From Acidobacteriota bacterium (GTDB lineage: Bacteria; Acidobacteriota; UBA6911; RPQK01; JADFOI01), in assembly GCA_963663035.1 (NCBI GenBank), contig OY760074.1:3072001-3136000 (forward strand): 64,000 bases of DNA, given 5' to 3'. Below the pieces are notes generated by a model. It saw only the letters and a program-made list of their open reading frames with translations, was not told the DNA's origin and made no database searches. Position 1 is the first letter of the stretch. The number at the start of each line of letters is the position of its first letter. The position numbers were made by a program, and so were the translations under genes. Shown here in pieces: positions 1 to 11,378 of the stretch.

Positions 1-1
1 C

Positions 2-979
2 AGTCGCCGTTCAATTGGGCACGGAGTTCTGGCAGAGCGAGCGATCTCGACGGTGTTGCCTGATGAGTCGATCTTTCCATACACCATTCGTATAGTTTCG
101 GACATTCTCGAGTCCAATGGTTCTTCTTCAATGGCCACAGTGTGTGGCGCTATCCTGGCTCTTCACGACGCAGGGGTCCCAATCCAGGGCTCAGTTGCCG
201 GGGTGGCCATGGGACTCGTCATGGGAGACGACACTCACGCCATTCTCTCGGACATTGCGGGTTTTGAGGATCATTATGGGGACATGGACTTTAAGGTGGC
301 CGGCACTGCCGAAGGGATCACGGCACTGCAAATGGATATCAAGATTACAGGTGTCACCTCTGAGATCCTGGCCCAGACACTGGAGCAGGCCAGAGTGGGC
401 CGTTTGCACATTCTGGAAAAGATGGCCCAAACCATTTCGGAACCTCGCTCCACCATCTCCCCCTTTGCTCCCAGGATCACCACCATGAACATTCCGATCT
501 CCAAGATTGGTGAGGTCATCGGTCCCGGCGGAAAGATGATTCGGAGCATCATTGAAGAGACCGGCGTCAAGATCGACATCGAAGATGACGGAACAATCAA
601 AATTGCTTCTATCGACGGCGAGTCGACCGAGAAAGCAATCGAGATCATAAAAGGACTCACCGTCACGGCTGAGATCGGCAAGAACTACCTGGGGAAAGTC
701 AAAAAGGTGGTAGACTTTGGAGCCTTCGTGGAGATCCTCCCTCGGACAGAAGGGCTGTTGCATATCTCCGAAGTCGCCGATCATCACATTAAAGACATCC
801 GGACCGAGATCCGGCTCGGGGATAAGATTCTGGTCAAAGTGCTCAACATTGATGACCAGGGCAAGATCAGGCTCAGTCGCCGGGCGGTCCTCAAAGAAGA
901 AGGCGGCACTAGCAACCGAGATGACCCCGCAAAGTCTGAAACAGGCGCTCCAGAGCTTCAAAGCAGGGAAGATCAGTGA
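2..979 (+). CDS. pnp: Polyribonucleotide nucleotidyltransferase, 5'-truncated by window edge
   Basis: Frame open from base 2 ([14 protein letters not shown]); [23 protein letters not shown] domain (IGPGGK) and S1 domain. Confidence 0.97.
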   Translation, partial: SRRSIGHGVLAERAISTVLPDESIFPYTIRIVSDILESNGSSSMATVCGAILALHDAGVPIQGSVAGVAMGLVMGDDTHAILSDIAGFEDHYGDMDFKVAGTAEGITALQMDIKITGVTSEILAQTLEQARVGRLHILEKMAQTISEPRSTISPFAPRITTMNIPISKIGEVIGPGGKMIRSIIEETGVKIDIEDDGTIKIASIDGESTEKAIEIIKGLTVTAEIGKNYLGKVKKVVDFGAFVEILPRTEGLLHISEVADHHIKDIRTEIRLGDKILVKVLNIDDQGKIRLSRRAVLKEEGGTSNRDDPAKSETGAPELQSREDQ

Positions 980-1679
980 AGAGCAGATCCTTTCACGCCT
1001 GAAAGAACTGCCCTACCAGGATCTGGGATTTGCCAAGGTTGACCACCATCGCAGCTTGCGCCATGGCTTCCCTGAAGTCATCTTTGGGAAGGGGAAGAGC
1101 ACCGAGCAGATCATAGCCATTGCTGAGGCTTTGGTCAGCAAGAATCCGAACATCCTGATTACTTCTGCAGGTCCACAGGTTTTTCAAGAATTACAATCTC
1201 GCTACGAACTCTGTGAGTATCATTCCAATTGCCAGGCGGTGACCATCATCCATGAGCCCTTTCCCAGCGGGCGAGGCAAAATCGGGATCTTTAGTGCCGG
1301 CACTGCGGATATCCCAGTCGCTGAAGAAGCACTGGTTACAGCTCAGTTCATGGGAAACGAGGTCAGCACCTGCTACGATGTGGGCGTGGCCGGATTGCAC
1401 AGGATACTCGGTCAGCGAGAAGCTCTTCAATCATGCACAGTCGCCATCGTAGTCGCGGGCATGGAAGGCGCCTTGCCCAGCGTGGTGGGAGGGTTGGTGG
1501 ATCTTCCCATCATTGCTGTTCCAACCAGTATCGGTTACGGGGCCTCCTTCGGAGGCCTGGCGGCTTTGCTGGGAATGCTCAACAGCTGCTCTTCCAACGT
1601 GGCAGTGGTTAATATCGATAATGGTTTTGGTGCTGGCTACATCGCCAGTTTGATCAATCGACAACGGGAGAGTCGATGA
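921..1679 (+). CDS. larB: Nickel-pincer cofactor biosynthesis protein LarB (AIR-carboxylase-like)
   Basis: ATG at 921 in frame of ORF 717..1679; [56 protein letters not shown]. Confidence 0.92.
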   Translation: MTPQSLKQALQSFKAGKISEEQILSRLKELPYQDLGFAKVDHHRSLRHGFPEVIFGKGKSTEQIIAIAEALVSKNPNILITSAGPQVFQELQSRYELCEYHSNCQAVTIIHEPFPSGRGKIGIFSAGTADIPVAEEALVTAQFMGNEVSTCYDVGVAGLHRILGQREALQSCTVAIVVAGMEGALPSVVGGLVDLPIIAVPTSIGYGASFGGLAALLGMLNSCSSNVAVVNIDNGFGAGYIASLINRQRESR

Positions 1680-3454
1680 AATTCGACGACTCCTTCATCG
1701 ATCAGGTTCGAAACAGCATCAGCATCGTGGATTTAGTGGGTGGATATGTTCGTCTGAAGAAGAAGGGAAAGGATTTTGCTGCGCTCTGTCCGTTCCATTC
1801 TGAGAAGACCCCTTCTTTCCTGGTCAGCGAGAGTAAGCAGATCTTCAAGTGTTTCGGCTGCCAAGCGGGAGGAGACATTTTCCAGTTCATCATGTTGATG
1901 GACAATCTGACCTTCCCTGAATCCATACACCACCTGGCTGAAAACCAGGGCATTCCGGTTCCAAGTGCTACAAAAAAGAGCGATGCCCAAAGTGAGAAAC
2001 GCCAGCGATTCTTGAAGATCCTGGACCGGGCCGCCCATTTCTTTTGTGAGTGGTTGAAAGGGAAAGACGAGGCACTCGCGTATCTCAAGAAGCGCCAGAT
2101 TACTGCTGAGTCGGTCAAGCAATTCTCTATCGGGTATGCTCCTCCGGGTCAGCAGCTCCTGGAGAAACTCAAAGCGGAAGGTTTCGATGTCGAAGAAATG
2201 TTGGCCTGTGGCCTGGTAAGAGAAGGAAATCCCGGCCAGTATTACGATAAATTCCGCAATCGCATTATGCTTCCCATCCATGACCTCTCAGGGAGAACCA
2301 TCGCTTTTGGGGGCCGCAGCCTGGGAGACGGCATCCCCAAATATCTGAATTCCCCAGAGACGATACTCTTTAGTAAGAGTCACAATCTCTATCCCCTGGA
2401 TGTCACACGGAATGAGATTCGACGGCAAGACTTCGCTATCCTGGTGGAGGGCTACTTTGACTGTATCGTCCCGTTTCAGTTCGGAATTCGGAATGTCGTC
2501 GCTTCCCTGGGTACCAGTTTGACCAAGGCTCAGGTCAAGATTCTGGGGCGCTACACGCGGAATGTGATCACCAACTATGACCCCGACTCGGCAGGAAAGG
2601 CAGCGGCCCTGCGCTCAATTGACCTTTTTCTAGAGGAAGGCTTCCGCCTCAACGTCCTGCAACTTCCCGAGGGAGAAGACCCCGACACCTTCGTGCAAAA
2701 ACAGGGGGCTGAGGTTTATCAAGGGAAACTCAGGGCTTCGCAGTCTTACCTGGACTTTGCGCTGTCTCAGTTCATGAGTGAACAAAGAGACGCTTTTAGC
2801 CCCAAAGGAAAGCAGGAGATCGTTTCGAAGATTTTGCCCTATCTAGTGAAAATTCCCAACCTGGTTGAGCGGGCAGAGTATCTCACACGCATTGCTTCCC
2901 GCCTCCAGGTCGATGAAGACTTGCTCATGCTGGAAATGAGAAAAATGCCCGGGCGCAAAAGGGAAATGGCTCAGCTGAACTATGCCCTCCCGGCCGATCA
3001 GGTCACCCCAGCTGAAAACACTTTACTGCTGGCTATGCTGGAGACGGAATGGGCAGCGATTACCTTCCAGCAGTTGGAACCTGAGCTTTTCGAGGGGTTG
3101 CGCACCCAAGAGATTTTCCAGAGCATCTTTCAGCTAAAGGAGCAAGTCGAGGAGATCACGACCATCGGCCTGAGGCAGGAGCTCGCCGATGAGGCAGATC
3201 GAGATCTCATCGAAGGGGTGGCTCTGCGTTCGACCGGCTTTCCTCTCTCGGAGGAGATCATCAGAAGCAGCATCCAGGCACTCAGAAAAAAACACCACGA
3301 GCGGCTCAGTCGTCAACTTCAGGAGGAAATCAAAGCAGAAGAAAAGGAGGGCTCCAGCTCTAGCAGAATCAATGAGCTGCTAGTCCAGAAAGAGCAGCTC
3401 CGCCAGACAATGAAGGAGGAGGAAACTGCTATTTCCTCCAAAACGCTCCAGTGA
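1676..3454 (+). CDS. dnaG: DNA primase
   Basis: Zinc finger [11 protein letters not shown]...[24 protein letters not shown] and DPD motifs; ATGA overlap with larB. Confidence 0.97.
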   Translation: MKFDDSFIDQVRNSISIVDLVGGYVRLKKKGKDFAALCPFHSEKTPSFLVSESKQIFKCFGCQAGGDIFQFIMLMDNLTFPESIHHLAENQGIPVPSATKKSDAQSEKRQRFLKILDRAAHFFCEWLKGKDEALAYLKKRQITAESVKQFSIGYAPPGQQLLEKLKAEGFDVEEMLACGLVREGNPGQYYDKFRNRIMLPIHDLSGRTIAFGGRSLGDGIPKYLNSPETILFSKSHNLYPLDVTRNEIRRQDFAILVEGYFDCIVPFQFGIRNVVASLGTSLTKAQVKILGRYTRNVITNYDPDSAGKAAALRSIDLFLEEGFRLNVLQLPEGEDPDTFVQKQGAEVYQGKLRASQSYLDFALSQFMSEQRDAFSPKGKQEIVSKILPYLVKIPNLVERAEYLTRIASRLQVDEDLLMLEMRKMPGRKREMAQLNYALPADQVTPAENTLLLAMLETEWAAITFQQLEPELFEGLRTQEIFQSIFQLKEQVEEITTIGLRQELADEADRDLIEGVALRSTGFPLSEEIIRSSIQALRKKHHERLSRQLQEEIKAEEKEGSSSSRINELLVQKEQLRQTMKEEETAISSKTLQ

Positions 3455-4877
3455 AAAGCACCAGCAGGGTGTAATACTCTAATCGTCCCGCCAGCATGCA
3501 AAAGCTCAACACCCATTTCACTAGCGGGACTAGCTGCGCATAATTCTCTGAGGGTCCGACATCACCCAGCCCGGGCCCTATATTAAACATAGAGGCCGCC
3601 ACGGCAGAGATGGCGGTTAAGACATCCACACCCAGAGCTGTGAGGGCCATGCAGGCTGCGAAATTGATCAAGAAAGCGATGTAGACAAGGTTCAGAAGAC
3701 TCTGAATCGCATTCTCGCTCACGGCTTCCGCGTTGAAGCGAACGGCAAAAACTCCCCGTCGCTCCACTATGCGCCGAAATTCACGTCCCACGACACGAAA
3801 GAGCAGGACTAACCTGGCCACCTTCATCCCTCCTGCCGTTGAACCGGTGCAGCCCCCGGCAAACATCAGCGCCAAAAGCAGCAATTGAGCAAAAGGAGTC
3901 CAAAGCTCAAAGTTGGCCGATGAAAAGCCTGTGGTGGTCATGATCGAAACCACCTGGAAAAGAGCCACCCGGTGAGCCTCGAAAAAACCCAGGGAACTGA
4001 GGCTCAGTGTGAGCGTCAAGGCCGCTGTCGCTGCAAACAGGAGCACAACATAGAATCGAGTCTCCTGATCCTTGAAGAAAGCCCGGGGACGACGCTCCAC
4101 GAGGAGACGATAGTGCTGGGTGAAGTTCAGACCCGCCACTACCATGAAGAAGATGATGATGTATTCGATTGTAGGGCTGGCGAAAGCTTCTATGCTGGCA
4201 TTTCGAGTAGAGAAACCTCCCGTTGCCATGGTGGAGAAGGTGTGGCAGATGGCCTCAAAAAGGTCCATCCCAGCCCCCCACAGGGCAAGACATTCAGCCA
4301 AACTGAAGACGACGTAAAGCTTCCAGAGCGCCAGTGCAGTCTCGGCCACTCGAGGAGTCAATTTTTCGGAGCGAGCACCTGAAAACTCCGCGCGGTAGAG
4401 CTCCATCCCCCCGGTGCCAATGAGAGGAAGTATGGCAATGCCCAGCAGAATGATCCCCATTCCTCCGATCCAGTGGGTGAGAGAGCGCCATAACAGCAGG
4501 CTCCTGGGCAAGGCTTCAATATCTTCCAGAATGGTGGCACCGGTGGTGGTGAAACCCGAGATCGACTCAAAAAAGGCATCGGTGAAATTTCCAAAGTAGT
4601 CAGAAAAATAGAAGGGTAGAGCTCCAACCAGGCCGGATGTGACCCAAATGATGATGACGAGCAGGATTCCTTCACGATTGGAGATCTCCTGAGGAGGAGA
4701 GCGGAATACCAGGCAAAGAACACCTCCCAGGCTCACTGCCATCAGTGTCGCCAGGGCAAGCGAACGGAAACCATCATCCTGAAGGAAAAGAGCAACCAGG
4801 GTTACAATACCCAAGGTCACGCCCAGCGCCAGGATAAAGAGTCCTGTGACCTGCAGAAGAATGCGCCAACTGATCAC
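3429..4877 (-). CDS. trkH: Trk potassium uptake membrane protein
   Basis: FESISGFTTTGAT, TMATGGFS, GSTAGGMKV, NIGPGLG pore motifs; downstream of trkA. Confidence 0.95.
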   Translation of the reverse strand: MISWRILLQVTGLFILALGVTLGIVTLVALFLQDDGFRSLALATLMAVSLGGVLCLVFRSPPQEISNREGILLVIIIWVTSGLVGALPFYFSDYFGNFTDAFFESISGFTTTGATILEDIEALPRSLLLWRSLTHWIGGMGIILLGIAILPLIGTGGMELYRAEFSGARSEKLTPRVAETALALWKLYVVFSLAECLALWGAGMDLFEAICHTFSTMATGGFSTRNASIEAFASPTIEYIIIFFMVVAGLNFTQHYRLLVERRPRAFFKDQETRFYVVLLFAATAALTLTLSLSSLGFFEAHRVALFQVVSIMTTTGFSSANFELWTPFAQLLLLALMFAGGCTGSTAGGMKVARLVLLFRVVGREFRRIVERRGVFAVRFNAEAVSENAIQSLLNLVYIAFLINFAACMALTALGVDVLTAISAVAASMFNIGPGLGDVGPSENYAQLVPLVKWVLSFCMLAGRLEYYTLLVLFTGAFWRK

Positions 4878-6250
4878 GCTTTCTCTCTTCCAGACCCAAC
4901 AAGAAAAGCCGACTCAAGCTCGGGCACCAGGAGTTCCAGGCAGAAAAAAATGACCCGGTCTCCATCTTGAATGACCGCATCGCCGCGGGGAACAATCACC
5001 TCACCGGAAGGTCGCACGATGGCTCCAACGATCGCACCACGGGGCAAATGAAGATCTCTCAATTTCTTCCCCAAGAACTTAGAACCGGGAGTAGCCACCA
5101 GTTCGATGGCTTCAGCTTCTTCCTCGCGTAAGGTTGTAACCGAAAGGACATGCCCTTTTCGAACAAACTGCAGGATTCGATCCACTACCACCAGCCGGCT
5201 GCTGAAAATCGAGTTGATCCCAAGAAGCTGGGCCATGGGAAGAAAGTCCAGCCGGTTGACCAGAGCGATCGCCTTTCGGGCTCCCAGACGCTTGGCCAGC
5301 AGCGATGAGATAATGTTCTCCTCGTCATCTCCCGTCAGTGCCAGATAAGCGTCAATGCCTTCAATGTTTTCCTCCAACAGAATTCCCTGATCTGAGCCGT
5401 CAGCATGAACGATGACCGTGCTTTCCACCAAGGTGGAGATCTTCTCACAGCGAGGCAAGTCATGTTCAAAGAGCTTCACCTGAACACCCATTTCTTCCAG
5501 CTGCAGAGCGACTTCGATGCCGATTTGCTTCCCGCCCAAGATGAAGACGCGTTTCACCTTCTGCGTTTCTTCAATACCCATGAAATCCAATGTTTCAGAC
5601 ATCTTGGAGGTGGGCGCGACGATATAGGCGTGATCCCCCACATGCAGTCGATCCTCTCCTCGAGGAATAATGACCTGCTGCCCCCGAAAAATCATAGCCA
5701 TGAGAGAATTCTTGGGAGGCCCACTTCTCTCCAGATCCGCCATACTCTTACCCACCACCCAGCTGTCTCGAGTGATATTGGTTCCGATCAATTGCACCTT
5801 TCCTTCTGCAAACTCCAGAATTTCGGAGATGCCAGGCAGGCCGACCACTCGAAGGATGCGTTGGGCTGTCTCTCGGTCGGGATGGATAACCAGATCAATA
5901 TTCAGAAGCTGGCCGGCACAGACTGATCGCCACAGGTCCACCTCATGGGTGCGAAGCCGTGCGACTTTGATTTTGACGTTTGAGTAAGCCTGGGCAATCA
6001 GACAGCCCAGGAGATTGGCCTCATCGCTGTTGGTGACGGCGATGAGCATATCCGCATCATCCAGACTCGCCCTCTTCAGGATCCGAATGCTGCTGGCATT
6101 CCCTCGGATAACCTTGGCATCGAGAAGTTCCTCGAGCTCAACACACCGTTCTTCGCGCCCTTCCACGATGATGACTTCATTTTTCTCTCGGATCAGACGA
6201 CGAGCCACCAGAGTGCCCACAGCACCGCCCCCTAAGATCAGAATTCGCAT
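4874..6250 (-). CDS. trkA: Trk potassium uptake regulatory NAD-binding protein
   Basis: Two RCK_N/RCK_C repeats (GGGAVG; GGKQIG), 458 aa. Confidence 0.95.
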   Translation of the reverse strand: MRILILGGGAVGTLVARRLIREKNEVIIVEGREERCVELEELLDAKVIRGNASSIRILKRASLDDADMLIAVTNSDEANLLGCLIAQAYSNVKIKVARLRTHEVDLWRSVCAGQLLNIDLVIHPDRETAQRILRVVGLPGISEILEFAEGKVQLIGTNITRDSWVVGKSMADLERSGPPKNSLMAMIFRGQQVIIPRGEDRLHVGDHAYIVAPTSKMSETLDFMGIEETQKVKRVFILGGKQIGIEVALQLEEMGVQVKLFEHDLPRCEKISTLVESTVIVHADGSDQGILLEENIEGIDAYLALTGDDEENIISSLLAKRLGARKAIALVNRLDFLPMAQLLGINSIFSSRLVVVDRILQFVRKGHVLSVTTLREEEAEAIELVATPGSKFLGKKLRDLHLPRGAIVGAIVRPSGEVIVPRGDAVIQDGDRVIFFCLELLVPELESAFLVGSGREKA

Positions 6251-6321
6251 TGGAGTCTTGGAGAATACACTGAAAAATCAAATGCCGCAAAGGGCCAGTC
6301 TTACTGGTATTATGAGCTCGG

Positions 6322-7212
6322 ATGAAGTTTCATGATTTTTACGCCAGTGGCCATCCCGTCATTTCTTTTGAGCTATTTCCTCCCCACACCGATCGAGGTT
6401 TGGCCAAACTCGAAAGGCGACTTCCAAAACTCATCGCCTTGCAGCCTTCTTTCTTAACCGTGACCTACGGTGCACTGGGGACGACCCGGGACCGTACCCT
6501 GGAAGTGGTCTCCAAGATTAAGAATATCTACCATCAAGACGTTGCACATCATCTCACCTGCGTCGCAAGCACTCAGGAGGAGATTGCCCAACTTCTCGAG
6601 GATCTCCGGCGAGAGAACATTGAAAATATTGTGGCTCTGCGCGGCGACCCCCCTCAAGGTGAAACGGAATTCAAACCTCCCAAAGGAGGCTATCGTTACG
6701 GAAATGAGTTGGTTTCCCACATTCGAAAATTCGGGGGGTTTGGGATTGCCGTTGCGGGCTATCCGGAGAAGCATATTGAAGCGACCGATTTTGAAACCGA
6801 TCTGAAGAACTTGAAGAGGAAAGTCGATGCTGGTGCCGATGTAGTCATCACCCAGCTCTTTTATGACAACCACCTCTTTTATGCATTTGTCGATCGCTGT
6901 CGAGCTATCGGTATCACGAAACCCATTGTTCCCGGACTTTTGCCCATCTTGAACCTCGAGCAGATCAAGCGGATCACCCGAATGTGCGGTGCCAGCATTC
7001 CCCGAGAACTTCTCGAGAAGCTGACCAATTCGGGAGACAATCAGGACCGAGTCCATGAAATTGGCATTAACCACACGGTTGCTCAGGCAGTAGATCTTCT
7101 GAACCACGGGGTTTCAGGGATTCACTTTTACGTACTCAACCAGTACTTCCACATTGCAGAAATCATGGAACACCTTCGGCCGATACTGGAGCAAGGCACT
7201 AATCCGAGATAG
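6322..7212 (+). CDS. metF: 5,10-methylenetetrahydrofolate reductase
   Basis: ISFELFPP, VTYGA, ALRGDPP, AGYPEKH, ITQLFYDN, GIHFYVLN. Confidence 0.95.
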   Translation: MKFHDFYASGHPVISFELFPPHTDRGLAKLERRLPKLIALQPSFLTVTYGALGTTRDRTLEVVSKIKNIYHQDVAHHLTCVASTQEEIAQLLEDLRRENIENIVALRGDPPQGETEFKPPKGGYRYGNELVSHIRKFGGFGIAVAGYPEKHIEATDFETDLKNLKRKVDAGADVVITQLFYDNHLFYAFVDRCRAIGITKPIVPGLLPILNLEQIKRITRMCGASIPRELLEKLTNSGDNQDRVHEIGINHTVAQAVDLLNHGVSGIHFYVLNQYFHIAEIMEHLRPILEQGTNPR

Positions 7213-7219
7213 CAAGCAG

Positions 7220-7771
7220 CTAGTGCGGTCTCGCATCTGGTTCTTCAGCGACACTCTCCCGGCTGACCCACCGGAAGGAGGAAAGCAAATCTTGGAAGGG
7301 AAGAAGGGCGCTCTGGAGTTGATCCTCCCGATTCGAGGAAAGGACAAACGTAATGAAGTAGCCAGGGACTTCCGTGACGGAAATGATCTCATGTCGCATG
7401 GTTGGGCAATGAAGGGCTTTTGTCAGGAAGGCCCGTGCTCCTATCAGTTCTAACTTTACATCCCCGGCCTCATAGAAGGGACAGCGCAGTTGAAACTCCT
7501 TCATGTCGTCGTCCAGAAAAGTCCGCAGGGTGGCGCCTGGCGCCTTGGGAACAAAGCGGCCAAAAGCAACCACATCAGACTCTCTCCAGGTGGTATTCCG
7601 AGGGTGCATCACGAAGTTGGCAATCTGTTGGGCGGAAGTAAAATCAACATTCCAACCCTCAGGCTCAGTAATGGAAAAAGAATAGTCCCTTCCACCAATA
7701 CGAAGAGTTCTGCCTCCCTGTAGAGGGTAAACTGTGCTCAAAAGGAGGATCAGGGTAAGAGTTCTCCCCAT
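7220..7771 (-). CDS. Hypothetical exported protein
   Basis: Signal-peptide-like N-terminus (MGRTLTLILLLSTVYP); alternative start 7792; no recognised domain. Confidence 0.65.
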   Translation of the reverse strand: MGRTLTLILLLSTVYPLQGGRTLRIGGRDYSFSITEPEGWNVDFTSAQQIANFVMHPRNTTWRESDVVAFGRFVPKAPGATLRTFLDDDMKEFQLRCPFYEAGDVKLELIGARAFLTKALHCPTMRHEIISVTEVPGYFITFVLSSNREDQLQSALLPFQDLLSSFRWVSRESVAEEPDARPH

Positions 7772-7947
7772 AAGGAAAAGACTACCATGCAATTGAGTCT
7801 GGGGGAATAGTGGGCTATCCTACAAAGCACGGCCGTATGGGAGGGGCACCAAAAAAGAAGCAACTATTCGGATCTTTTAATATCCTTGTTTGAGGGCTGT
7901 CATCTAGAGCAACAAATGCTATGATTAGCCCAAAAGGGAGTAACACT

Positions 7948-8433
7948 ATGAGAAAATTTGTGCTTTTAACCTTTATTGGGGTCGTTTTCACTTGGTCCCT
8001 GCTAGGCCAGGGTCGCGTCTCAATGACGGCTCCCGTCCTCAAAGCGGAAACTGAACAGATTAGCTTCACCACTAGATTCTCTGACTTTGTGGCTGGAAGC
8101 GATTATCGTTTGGGGGTGGGCACCACCGGTGACAAAATTGAGGGCGCCGAGTTTGAACTTTCGAAGGACAACGCTCCTCTTTCCACGGAGCTGATCAGTT
8201 TTACTCAAGGTTTTGCCAGCGCCTACTTTGAGGTGGAAGAGATTTCCGTCCAAGGATTCTCCTTCCCCTCCACAGACCTGCCCGGTGCAGGGGAAGAGGT
8301 GGCAATGAAGGTCACCATCCCACGAGCTGAGGCAGAGAGATTGGAAAGAATTTTCATCGTTGTGACAAAGCAATTCGGCCCGGACCGCTGGTACATTATG
8401 GACGGCGGTGAGATTAATTCCACCCACTGGTAA
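7948..8433 (+). CDS. Hypothetical exported protein
   Basis: GGGAG RBS, then MRKFVLLTFIGVVFTWSLLG signal peptide; beta-rich body. Confidence 0.7.
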   Translation: MRKFVLLTFIGVVFTWSLLGQGRVSMTAPVLKAETEQISFTTRFSDFVAGSDYRLGVGTTGDKIEGAEFELSKDNAPLSTELISFTQGFASAYFEVEEISVQGFSFPSTDLPGAGEEVAMKVTIPRAEAERLERIFIVVTKQFGPDRWYIMDGGEINSTHW

Positions 8434-8536
8434 AGTGTTGACCCCTTCGGGCTAGCCCGGATGGTTGATCCGTTCTCCTCGCTGCAGTAGAGCACTTTGC
8501 GCTGCCCCTGTTCCGCTGTCCTTTTGCTCCTTAGTT

Positions 8537-11137
8537 ATGCGCACCCTTCTCGATCTGCTTCCCGCCATGCAGCGTCTGGGCGACCGAGAGGCAGTCCGCT
8601 TTTCAAATGGTTTTCGCACCTGGAAACTCTCCTACCGACAACTTCATGCTCGAATTGGGGCCTTTGCTTGCTATCTTGAGCAGGAGGGGTTTCACCAGGG
8701 TGACCGGGTCCTGCTTTGGGGTGACAACAGGATCGAGTGGGTCGCTGTCTTCTGGGGGTGCCTGGTGCGAGGAGTCCAGGTTGTCCCGGTTGATGCCCGA
8801 TCCTCCCAGAAGCTGGTAAAGCGGATCCAACAAGAGGTCAACGCCCAGCTACTCGTGCACGACGACTCAGTCGAGTCGGACGAAATCCAGCTCAGGAAGA
8901 TTTCTTTCCGCGATACTGAAGGCCTTCCCTCCGGCAGCCCTTTTCAAGTCCAAGAAGCTTCCCCCTCTGACATTGTGGAGATCGTATACACCTCCGGAAC
9001 GACAGCAGAGCCAAAAGGGGTCGTCCACCGTCACAGGAATATCTGCGCCAATCTGAGACCTTTTCAAACAGAGATCGAACGTTATCAAAGGTGGGCCCGG
9101 CCTTTTCAGCCGCTCCGGATTCTCGACCTGCTTCCCCTCAGTCATATGTATGGCCAGTCATTGGGAATGTTTATTCCTCTCCTCTTGGGAGGAGCAGCCG
9201 TTTTCATGGTGGAGCTGAACCCGGGAGCGATCATGGATACCATCCGATGCCACAAAGTGTCTGTGCTGGTGGCGGTCCCCCGCTTGGTGAAGAACCTGCG
9301 AAACCATCTTGAACGGGGCTATGAGCTGCCCGAAGGGATCACCTCTGGCACGGGGTTCATCAGCCTGTCGCAGCGGTGGTGGCGGTATCGCCACGTGCAT
9401 GCTGCCTTTGGCTGGAAGTTCTGGTCCATTATCGTGGGCGGTGCTCAGCTGGATCCCCGATCAGAAGCTTTCTGGCATGAACTGGGGTTTTTAGTCCTTC
9501 AGGGATATGGGTTGACCGAAACCAGTCCGGTGGTGACGGTCAACCATCCTTTCGATTCCCGCCGTGGCTCCATCGGCAAGGCACTGAAAGGGCAAGAGGT
9601 CAGAATTGCCCCCGACGGGGAAATCCTGGTGCGGGGAGAGAGTGTGGTCAGCGAGTATCTGGGAAGTGAAGGCGAAAGCAGGACCAGTAAAGACGGATGG
9701 CTGCATACCGGCGACCTGGGGGAAATGGACCAGGAAGGCCGTCTTTACTTCAAGGGCCGCAAGAAAGACCTCATCGTTACCTCCGAGGGTCTCAATGTCT
9801 ACCCACAGGACGTGGAAGCAGCCCTCAATAGGCTCCCCGAAATCCTGGAGAGCACCGTGATCGGACTTTCCAAAGAAGGGGAAGAAACGGTTCATGCTGT
9901 GCTTATCCTGGAGGATGCCTCTCTCGATGCAGAACGGCTCATCCAGCAAGCCAATCGTGAGCTGGAGCCCCACCAGCGCATCCGTGGTTGGTCCATCTGG
10001 CCGGAAGAGGAATTCCCGCGTACCAGTTCCACCCTGAAAATCAAACGCAGCCAAGTTCAGCAGGTTTGCGCCGCACAACAGGGGGACTCAGCAGTCCTTC
10101 TGAAAGGTGGAATAGGAGGCGTTGAAAGCATCCTTTTCCAGATGACGGGCAAAGACGCTTCCCAACTGGAGGACAACCGGCGTCTCGATGAGGATCTGGG
10201 GTTGTCCTCGCTCGAGCAGGTCGATCTGCTCTCCCAGCTGGAAAATCAATTGGGAATCAATCTGGATGAGGAGCAGTTTACACGCCTCTTGACCCTTGGA
10301 GAGCTTAGAGCATGGCTCAAGGAGAAACGCCAAGAAGTGAAGGGACCATCGCTCCCTCGGGAGCGGTCCGCCACTTCTCTTGAGAGAGGCCCTTCCTGGG
10401 ATGGAGGTTCCAGCGGAAAGCAACCAGAGGAAGTAACGCCAGCCCCACCTCGCTGGACTCAGTCTCTACTGGTTCGCTGGATTCGCCGAGCCGCTCTTTA
10501 CCTGCTCATTCTCCCCACCTTTCGCCGCTACATTAAGTTGCAGGTCAGCGGCCTGGAACATCTCACTCAGGTTGACCCGCCAGTGATCTTTGTCGCCAAT
10601 CACGTGAGCCACTTGGACACAGTGGCAATTCTGTCCGCTCTCCCTTCACCCTGGCGCTTGAGCTTGGCGCCAGCCATGGCGCAAGAGTTTTTCCGCTCTT
10701 ACTTTCACCCCTCCGGGCTTCCCTGGAGAGAAAGACTGACCTCCGCAGCTCAATATTTCCTGGCCTGCGGCTTGTTCAATGCCTACCCCCTCCCACAAGA
10801 GAGGCGGGGTGTCCGGCGGGCACTCAGATACACTGGCCAGCTCATCGACCGAGGGAACTGCCCCCTCCTTTACCCGGAGGGCAGGCGGTCTGCAAACGGG
10901 AATCTTCAACCCTTTAAAACAGGAATCGGATTCATGGCCATTCGGCTTCAGGTCCCAGTGATTCCGATCTACCTCAAGGGACTCTACCAGGTCTATTCTC
11001 TCCATCATGAGTGGCCCCAATCGGGAGAGGTTCAGGTGAAGATCGGTTCCCCTCTCTCCTTTCAGGGGGAAAAGGATTACGAAAAGGTGACTCGAGCCGT
11101 GGAAGAAGTGATGCACCAGCTGAAGGATGAAGTGTGA
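8537..11137 (+). CDS. Long-chain acyl-CoA/ACP synthetase + ACP + PlsC-type acyltransferase fusion (Aas/ElbD-like without reductase)
   Basis: YTSGTTAEPKG, QGYGLTET, WLHTGDLG; carrier motif DLGLSSL; NHVSHLD and YPEGRRS acyltransferase motifs. Confidence 0.88.
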   Translation: MRTLLDLLPAMQRLGDREAVRFSNGFRTWKLSYRQLHARIGAFACYLEQEGFHQGDRVLLWGDNRIEWVAVFWGCLVRGVQVVPVDARSSQKLVKRIQQEVNAQLLVHDDSVESDEIQLRKISFRDTEGLPSGSPFQVQEASPSDIVEIVYTSGTTAEPKGVVHRHRNICANLRPFQTEIERYQRWARPFQPLRILDLLPLSHMYGQSLGMFIPLLLGGAAVFMVELNPGAIMDTIRCHKVSVLVAVPRLVKNLRNHLERGYELPEGITSGTGFISLSQRWWRYRHVHAAFGWKFWSIIVGGAQLDPRSEAFWHELGFLVLQGYGLTETSPVVTVNHPFDSRRGSIGKALKGQEVRIAPDGEILVRGESVVSEYLGSEGESRTSKDGWLHTGDLGEMDQEGRLYFKGRKKDLIVTSEGLNVYPQDVEAALNRLPEILESTVIGLSKEGEETVHAVLILEDASLDAERLIQQANRELEPHQRIRGWSIWPEEEFPRTSSTLKIKRSQVQQVCAAQQGDSAVLLKGGIGGVESILFQMTGKDASQLEDNRRLDEDLGLSSLEQVDLLSQLENQLGINLDEEQFTRLLTLGELRAWLKEKRQEVKGPSLPRERSATSLERGPSWDGGSSGKQPEEVTPAPPRWTQSLLVRWIRRAALYLLILPTFRRYIKLQVSGLEHLTQVDPPVIFVANHVSHLDTVAILSALPSPWRLSLAPAMAQEFFRSYFHPSGLPWRERLTSAAQYFLACGLFNAYPLPQERRGVRRALRYTGQLIDRGNCPLLYPEGRRSANGNLQPFKTGIGFMAIRLQVPVIPIYLKGLYQVYSLHHEWPQSGEVQVKIGSPLSFQGEKDYEKVTRAVEEVMHQLKDEV

Positions 11138-11173
11138 GGTCATCACAAGGAACATGAAATTGTGGAATTGCTG

Positions 11174-11203
11174 TTGACACAAAGTAAAAGGCCAGTCTAA
11201 GAT
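11174..11203 (+). promoter_or_regulatory. Putative sigma70 promoter for the Tat-exported protein
   Basis: TTGACA (11174) - 18 nt - TAAGAT (11198). Confidence 0.5.
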
Positions 11204-11378
11204 CCGCGTCAAGAAGCTTTCGTTTCCACGAGAGAATAGGCTGCCAGTTGACAACGCCGGCCACCATGAGGGAAAACGGAAAAACCCAGCCAATAGACTA
11301 TCCGGATCATGTCTCGGGAGTGGTACTCTGGGAGCACCACCCCACAAACAAATCCATCCGTTGATAAGGAGAACAAGT

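Noticed and set aside
717-920. N-terminal extension of the larB ORF
   Set aside because: Out-of-frame overlap with pnp; LarB similarity starts at ATG 921
6251-6321. SAM/SAH riboswitch before metF
   Set aside because: 71-bp divergent promoter gap with no aptamer motifs
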